Below are positions 58,329-64,000 of a stretch of DNA of 64,000 bases, one piece after another; the stretch's first letter is position 1, and every line of letters starts with the position of its first letter. The stretch covers positions 96,001 through 160,000 of the forward strand of contig OY764265.1 in NCBI GenBank assembly GCA_963668355.1, given 5' to 3'. The notes beneath the pieces are model-generated. The model had not been told where the DNA came from, did not search any database, and saw only the letters and a program-made list of their open reading frames with translations. The DNA is from Bdellovibrionota bacterium (lineage in GTDB: Bacteria; Bdellovibrionota_G; JALEGL01; DATDPG01). Position numbers and translations under genes: made by a program.

Positions 58329-60545
58329 TCAAACTCCACTTTTCGCCAAAGGTTTCATGTACACCACAGACCGAGAACACTCTGCAACGCACACGCCGCA
58401 GCCTTTGCAGTACTCATAGTCAAACACTAATTCATCTCCAACTCTTTTGATGACTCCGTCTGGGCAGTACGTCACACATCGATCACAATTGTTGCAAACG
58501 CCGCAACTGAAACATCTCTGCGCTTCCTCCGCCGAAGAAAGGCCTTGGCGAACCTCTTCAAACGAATTCTTTCGATCCGAAAAGGGAATAGGATTTTCTC
58601 GATGCGTCTCTTCATGAGGAAAGTGTTGACTCTTGATTTGTTCCAAGCGCACAACATTTTCTTCGATTTTGGGAGGATCATATAATTTTTCTCCCGTGAA
58701 ATGCTCATGTAAGCGAAACGCCATATCTCGCCCACAACCAATTGCAGCCGTTACCGTCCCTTCGTTGGTCAAAAGATCTCCCGCGGCATAGGTGGTTTCT
58801 CCCAGCTCACCACCCACGGCATGATCTTTCACCAACTCCACATCTTCCGGGAACAATGAAAGATCCCGGTATTGTCCCAAAGCCAAAACCACGCGATCAC
58901 AAAAAACATCGTAGTCAGAGTTTTCGACAACCACCGGTCGACGTCGACCACTGTCATCGGGTTCACCCAATTCCATGCGTTGGCAAACCAGTCGCATTCT
59001 TTTGTCACTCTTGACAATCCTTTTGGGGGATCGAAGGAAGTCGACTTGAATGCCTTCATCAATGGCATCATCTACTTCTTCATCGATCGCCGGCATTTCT
59101 TCCCGCGTTCTTCGATACAGAATTTTTACGGACCGAGCCCCCAGTCGAAAAGCCGACCTGGCCGCATCAATGGCGGTGTTTCCGCCGCCAATCACCACGA
59201 TGTCTTCGTCTTCTACACGGATGCCGCCTTTTCGGGCCCAATTCAAAAACTCGATCCCTTGCATGACACTTCGCATGTCCTCACCCAGATCCAAGTCAAC
59301 ATTCTTCTGAAGACCGGTGGCCACCATGACACCATCGAATTTGTCTTTCAGCTCAGCCATCTCCTCTCTGGAGACTTTGTGTTTCAACTCTGTCTTGACC
59401 CCTAAATTTAAAATTCGATCAATGTCCTTATCCAGTGATTCCCGGGGCAATCGATAGGCGGGAATTCCCGTTCGCATCAACCCCCCCAATTCTTCCTCTG
59501 ACTCAAACACGGTCACTTGATATCCAAGCAAAGCCAATTGATACGCTCCAGAGAGACCTGCCGGTCCCGAACCAATCACCGCAACACTTTCTTTTCGCTT
59601 TTTCTGGGGCTTCGGTTGATGGTTCCCATGATCTCCAGCATACCGTTCCAAAGCTCGTACATTGACCGGTCCGTCCACCGTCGCGCGGTTGCACTGCATC
59701 ATGCAAAATCCTGGACAAACCCTTCCGCACACTGAGGGAAAAGGAGTGGTCCGAGCCAACACCCCCAAGGCTTCGTCCACATGATCGTTGGCCAAAGCCG
59801 CCAAGAAACCTTGAACATCATTTCCCGCAGGACAAATAAAATTGCATGGAGGGGTGGATGTTTTCTGTCCAGGTTGCTGAACAGCCCAATTGCCTGTCTT
59901 GATTGCAGGCAGGGCTCCGACATTTCCCTCGATCATTCCCGGAACACGTGCAGTAGGAATATTTACTTCTGGAGATTCGATTTTTTCAGGGGCATTGCCT
60001 TGAACAGAAACTTTTTCATACGTTTCTTTGGCCGCCTCTGCGTTGCCACCATGAAAGCCCATTTCCTCAAACGCATCCAGAACCGCTTGAAGTCTTAACT
60101 GAAGTATTTTGGCCGTGGCCCCAGCTAACGCTGTATTCACAATGGGAACCGTCTTCGTACCTAACTTATTCTTTCTCGCAATTGACGTGGCATCCACCAC
60201 CGCGACGCGATACCCCTTAAATTGGTCTTGCTTCGCAAAGGTTTCCAAAGGTTCAGGAGTATTGATCAGTATGAATCCCCCCGGTTTCAAACCCGAAGTA
60301 ATCGCGGGCGAAACCAGCGTCGGATCCAGTAAAATGACATGGTCCGGTTCGTAGATTTGATTTCGATTCAGAATGGGCTGATCGTCAAAACGAATGAACG
60401 CTTGGAGTGGAGCCCCGGAACGTTCTGCCGCATAAATGCCAAAGGCTTGAACCGATTTCCCCTCCAAATGTTGTGATGTTGCTAAAATCTTGGCGAGGGT
60501 AACCCCACCTTGACCACCTCTTCCATGAATACGAATCTCAATCAT
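58329..60545 (-). CDS. Fusion: PorC-like gamma subunit + GltD/DsrL-like Fe-S flavoprotein + 2[4Fe-4S] ferredoxin
   Basis: IRIHGRGGQG...ERSGAP gamma domain; PPC...CP and CGRVC...C...CNR; GSGPAG (FAD); GGGNTA...YRR (NADP-type); CFSCGVCNNCDRC...CP and CKGCGVC...C. Confidence 0.9.
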   Translation of the reverse strand: MIEIRIHGRGGQGGVTLAKILATSQHLEGKSVQAFGIYAAERSGAPLQAFIRFDDQPILNRNQIYEPDHVILLDPTLVSPAITSGLKPGGFILINTPEPLETFAKQDQFKGYRVAVVDATSIARKNKLGTKTVPIVNTALAGATAKILQLRLQAVLDAFEEMGFHGGNAEAAKETYEKVSVQGNAPEKIESPEVNIPTARVPGMIEGNVGALPAIKTGNWAVQQPGQKTSTPPCNFICPAGNDVQGFLAALANDHVDEALGVLARTTPFPSVCGRVCPGFCMMQCNRATVDGPVNVRALERYAGDHGNHQPKPQKKRKESVAVIGSGPAGLSGAYQLALLGYQVTVFESEEELGGLMRTGIPAYRLPRESLDKDIDRILNLGVKTELKHKVSREEMAELKDKFDGVMVATGLQKNVDLDLGEDMRSVMQGIEFLNWARKGGIRVEDEDIVVIGGGNTAIDAARSAFRLGARSVKILYRRTREEMPAIDEEVDDAIDEGIQVDFLRSPKRIVKSDKRMRLVCQRMELGEPDDSGRRRPVVVENSDYDVFCDRVVLALGQYRDLSLFPEDVELVKDHAVGGELGETTYAAGDLLTNEGTVTAAIGCGRDMAFRLHEHFTGEKLYDPPKIEENVVRLEQIKSQHFPHEETHRENPIPFSDRKNSFEEVRQGLSSAEEAQRCFSCGVCNNCDRCVTYCPDGVIKRVGDELVFDYEYCKGCGVCVAECSRSVVYMKPLAKSGV

Positions 60546-60737
60546 TTCAAAAGCTTCTTATCACACGGCACACCTAGCCCCAAACGACCTGCATCAGAAA
60601 CAGCCAAAAAGTTTTTTAGGAATTTTCCACATTGACCCATCGCGTCACCCCATCTCTCCTTCCCTCCACCCCTCTTCTCTGTTCTACTAGGTCTTCATGT
60701 TCCAAAGGACCCAAACCTTAGAAAGGATGTTGATCTT

Positions 60738-61169
60738 GTGAAAACCGTGGCCACATTATTGGAGGAAAAAGGGTTCCATGTTTGGTCGGTCTCACCAGAA
60801 ACCTCGGTTTTTGATGCGTTGACCTTACTTTCCGACAAAAACGTCGGGGCCCTACTCGTAATGGGTGGGAAAAAGCTCTATGGAATTTTATCCGAGCGAG
60901 ACTACGCCCGACAAATCATCTTGCGCGGAAAACGCTCCAAAGAAACCCCTGTATCCGAGATCATGAGTAAAAACATTTGTTGTGTAACGCAAAATCGGAC
61001 GGTCGAAGAGTGCATGGCGCTCATGTCCGAAAAGCATATCCGTCACCTTCCCGTGGTTGAAAATGGGGAAGTAAAGGGAATCATTTCGATTGGGGATGTT
61101 GTGAAAGGGGTCATCTCCGAAAAAGACTTCCATATCGATCAGCTTCAAAATTACATCCGAGGGGGATAG
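60738..61169 (+). CDS. CBS-domain pair protein
   Basis: GILSERDY, RHLPV and GIISIGDVVK motifs. Confidence 0.92.
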   Translation: MKTVATLLEEKGFHVWSVSPETSVFDALTLLSDKNVGALLVMGGKKLYGILSERDYARQIILRGKRSKETPVSEIMSKNICCVTQNRTVEECMALMSEKHIRHLPVVENGEVKGIISIGDVVKGVISEKDFHIDQLQNYIRGG

Positions 61170-61232
61170 CTCTCACACCACCCATCCAAGTGACTCTTTG
61201 TTTTCAAACACTTAGATCGTTTTGAATCATTT

Positions 61233-61261
61233 TGAACCAAATCGCCCCCTCTCCCGTCTAA
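61233..61261 (+). promoter_or_regulatory. ECF-sigma-type promoter
   Basis: TGAACC-N17-GTCTAA upstream of the spy-ECF operon. Confidence 0.65.
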
Positions 61262-61297
61262 ACTCATATAACGAACCCATCACCCAGGAGTGAAAAG

Positions 61298-61762
61298 ATG
61301 TTGAAAACAAAAACCATTTCCATCCTTACTTTTTTTACCTTTCTCCTTTCCGCACTTCTTTTCATCCCCTCTGCGGATGCAAGAGGACGTGGCCGAGGAA
61401 TGGGACCCGATGATGCCGGTCCGGGTCCCCGGATGTTAGATCTTCTGGATCTTTCCAGTGAGCAGAAAGATCAGTTAAAGGCCATTCGGAGAGCTAACCG
61501 AGATAATCGAAATCAAATTCAGGACCGAATCGAAGATGCTCGCGATCATTTACAAAACCTCATGCAAAGCGATGCCAGTGAAGACGAACTACGTGCCGCC
61601 CATAAAAAAGTTCAAGAGGCCATGCAAGCCGCTGGAAACGACCGCTTTGAGCAAATGTTGAAAATCCGAGCCATTCTCACGCCCGAGCAACGAAAAGAAT
61701 TGGGGACCTACCGAGATGGACGTAAAGGACGAAGAGGAAGATCCGGCCCCCGAGGTTTCTGA
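61298..61762 (+). CDS. Spy/CpxP-family periplasmic protein
   Basis: Signal peptide; LSSEQ and LTPEQ (LTxxQ) motifs. Confidence 0.9.
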   Translation: MLKTKTISILTFFTFLLSALLFIPSADARGRGRGMGPDDAGPGPRMLDLLDLSSEQKDQLKAIRRANRDNRNQIQDRIEDARDHLQNLMQSDASEDELRAAHKKVQEAMQAAGNDRFEQMLKIRAILTPEQRKELGTYRDGRKGRRGRSGPRGF

Positions 61763-61780
61763 TTGCCCGTTTGGACTGCA

Positions 61781-62317
61781 ATGAAAACCAACCGGGAAAG
61801 AGAGTCGTTCACCACTTCTCCCTCCATAGGGGAGCTCTCTTTCCCGGAACTCTATAACGAATATCAATCCATGATTCGAGCGGTCATCTACCGCATTTCT
61901 GGTCGATTGGACCTGGATGATTTGGTTCAAGAGGCTTTCGTGAAAGTTTGGAAAAGCCAAACGTCGTTCAAAGGTCAATCTTCCCTCAAAACCTGGATCT
62001 ATCGAATTTCCGTAAACGTTGCGATCGACCACTGCCGAAAAAAGAAGGAGTTCCTGGAATACCGAGATGAATCTTCTCCAAATCCAAAAGGAACGGGAAA
62101 AGAACAAATCCTCGATCACAAAGATCTCGTAAAAAAATTATTTCTTTCGCTGGACACGATGCAGAGAACGCTGTTGACCTTGCAAGCCGTTGAAGGACTG
62201 ACCATTTCAGAAATAGCCGAGGTGATGGACCTTCCCGAAGGGACCGTAAAATCGAAACTTTTCTATGCCAAAGAAAAAGCTTCAAGCTTCTTAATCAAAA
62301 AAGGGGTGAAATTATGA
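61781..62317 (+). CDS. ECF RNA polymerase sigma factor
   Basis: DLVQEAF, FKGQSSLKTWIYRI and EIA..M.LPEGTVKS motifs. Confidence 0.93.
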   Translation: MKTNRERESFTTSPSIGELSFPELYNEYQSMIRAVIYRISGRLDLDDLVQEAFVKVWKSQTSFKGQSSLKTWIYRISVNVAIDHCRKKKEFLEYRDESSPNPKGTGKEQILDHKDLVKKLFLSLDTMQRTLLTLQAVEGLTISEIAEVMDLPEGTVKSKLFYAKEKASSFLIKKGVKL

Positions 62318-62688
62318 TGTCAGATCCTAAAAATGATCAAAGCCTCCTCTCTCTTATTAAAGAGAATGCTCCGGAGGCACCCCATCCTCCGAAAAATGAA
62401 GAGGCGTGCATTCAAGCGTGGATTGAAAATATGGAAAAGCCTTGGTGGAAACGATCCATCGAATGGTTAAATCTGCGTCCTTGGGTTTATGCGTTCGGTG
62501 CTGCAGCTTTGATTGCAGCGGTCATCATCCCCCAAAAAGCAGGAATCTTTGGCGATCCGAAACAGGTGGCTCTCCAAGACCAACAATTGGAGACCTATCT
62601 TCAAAATACGTTAGCCGCGGTTTACCGAACCGAATCCATCGATCTAAATGGATGGGGAGACCTGCTGGAATCGGCAAACGAGCCCTAA
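62314..62688 (+). CDS. Putative single-TM anti-sigma factor
   Basis: Overlaps the sigma stop; short cytoplasmic N-terminus, one TM, small periplasmic tail. Confidence 0.65.
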   Translation: MMSDPKNDQSLLSLIKENAPEAPHPPKNEEACIQAWIENMEKPWWKRSIEWLNLRPWVYAFGAAALIAAVIIPQKAGIFGDPKQVALQDQQLETYLQNTLAAVYRTESIDLNGWGDLLESANEP

Positions 62689-62796
62689 GGCATGCAAATG
62701 GGGAAAGAGAATCCCAGACGCCTGAAAATTGCGTTCTTTCTCGACACCTATTCTATTTCAACTGTCTGATTTTATTATCTTTATTTTTTTCCTCGA

Positions 62797-62811
62797 TGGC
62801 ATAAGAATTGC
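62797..62811 (+). promoter_or_regulatory. sigma54 (-24/-12) promoter
   Basis: TGGCAT-AAGAA-TTGC upstream of ATG 62829. Confidence 0.65.
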
Positions 62812-62828
62812 GTTTTTTTAAAAACCAA

Positions 62829-64000
62829 ATGAAAAAAACACTTTTCATATGGGGAATCTTCCTCCTTCTCATGACCCCAAACCAATCGGCTCATGCGCGT
62901 GACGATTTCTTAATGAAAACGAGCGTGGATCAACAAAGAACAGCTGAGTTCCAGAAAAGAAGAAAAGAGGCTCTCCTCCGAAATCAAACCGAAGTTTTCT
63001 TAAGAGGAGACCTCAATCAAGATGGGACCATCGACCAACAAGATTGGAGACTTCTCGATCGCTTGACCGACCTCCACGTAGATTGGTTAAGCCGCATGGA
63101 CATCAACCACAACGAACACATTGACGACGAAGACCTTCAAATGTTGTCATTCCTTGCCGAACGAAACGTGCAGAGAGATCTTAACCAGCTCCTCGCCATC
63201 CGAAACGAATACCAAAACACGTTTGGGACCTCTTTTCCTTTACCTCGCGATTTAAGCTTATTCATTGACCCTGAAGCCAAACCCCAAACACTCGGCATTC
63301 AAACCTCTTGGTCTCCGGGAAGCCCTCCCCCACAAAATGCATTTCCTCATTTTCAGGAGGAACTCGAACTAGCTTTGCGACAGGAGCTTCGTGGAATGAC
63401 CGAGATGCAGTTAGTGCGTTTGGCCGAAAGCTCTCCAGACCGCAGGTTCCATTGGTTACTGGATTTGCTTGAAAAAAATCCTGGTGACCTTTCCATTCTT
63501 CTGGCCCTGGCCATACAGTTCAACGAACTCCACTCGATCAAAGATTCTTGCGTACCCTCAAAAACGGTGGAGCAAATCGTCATGAACCGACAGATCCTTC
63601 AAGAAAGCATTGAGAGGGAAACGACTTCATACTGTACAAGCCATGTAGAAGCCTGCACCCAGGATGTCGACAAAGCCGTTTCCAAAACCATTGATCGAGA
63701 ATTGCAGCGCTCCTTTGAAGACTCAAACCTTTCAATTGAACGCATCAACAAAGGCTTTCTTCGATCCATGTGGAAATCCTCTCAAATCGACAAAAGAAAT
63801 AAATCCTTTCGACGGGGGCGTGTAAAAGTAGATCCAAACCAACTTCGCAGCCTCATCGATTTTGCGAGGCATAACCTAAAGTATCGGACGGTCGTAGCTC
63901 TAAGCGAAATTCCGAAAACCCATGATTGGCCCGTGGATCGAACCGATTTGGGCATGCGCATTCTCTTGGGAGAAGCCATTCTTTTGAACAATGGGGACGT
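62829..64000 (+). CDS. Secreted protein with a dockerin-like twin Ca-binding motif; runs off the window
   Basis: Not in the ORF track. Manual translation is open to the window end: MKKTLFIWGIFLLL...AHA signal, FLRGDLNQDGTIDQQD and MDINHNEHIDDEDL. Confidence 0.75.
   Translation, partial: MKKTLFIWGIFLLLMTPNQSAHARDDFLMKTSVDQQRTAEFQKRRKEALLRNQTEVFLRGDLNQDGTIDQQDWRLLDRLTDLHVDWLSRMDINHNEHIDDEDLQMLSFLAERNVQRDLNQLLAIRNEYQNTFGTSFPLPRDLSLFIDPEAKPQTLGIQTSWSPGSPPPQNAFPHFQEELELALRQELRGMTEMQLVRLAESSPDRRFHWLLDLLEKNPGDLSILLALAIQFNELHSIKDSCVPSKTVEQIVMNRQILQESIERETTSYCTSHVEACTQDVDKAVSKTIDRELQRSFEDSNLSIERINKGFLRSMWKSSQIDKRNKSFRRGRVKVDPNQLRSLIDFARHNLKYRTVVALSEIPKTHDWPVDRTDLGMRILLGEAILLNNGD

Noticed and set aside
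58329..60545. Dissimilatory sulfur metabolism (true DsrL) or glutamate synthase
   Set aside because: No dsrAB or gltB in the window; the protein is fused to and clustered with OFOR subunits.

Overview
A gene-dense bacterial chromosomal window, roughly mid-GC by eye, with about 52 CDSs and no rRNA, tRNA, CRISPR array, transposase or prophage gene that I can support. Content suggests a Gram-negative anaerobe or facultative anaerobe with Deltaproteobacteria/Bdellovibrionota-like gene style; the taxon is inferred, not determined. Energy metabolism: a truncated NifJ-type PFOR, a cytochrome c-Rieske-cytochrome b-pentaheme cytochrome c operon, and two further 2-oxoacid oxidoreductases. One has a beta-gamma fusion; the other has a gamma subunit fused to a GltD/DsrL-like NAD(P)H flavoprotein and a ferredoxin. 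Other modules: EF-G2; an SqrR/BigR-like repressor with an ATTC-N8-GAAT box upstream of TolC-RND-DUF2892 genes that lack a periplasmic adaptor; an OPT transporter-PqqD/RRE-M20 peptidase operon bracketed by two paralogous HTSHGSQ lipoproteins; cysE-cysK; a PilZ-GAF-GGDEF cyclase; an ammonia-lyase with Ala-Cys-Gly at the MIO site; a GT4/flippase/Wzi/MMPL/deacetylase envelope cluster; glnA; a Spy-ECF sigma-anti-sigma module; and secreted-protein genes with sigma54-type promoters. All calls come from motif reading by eye; no database searches were run.
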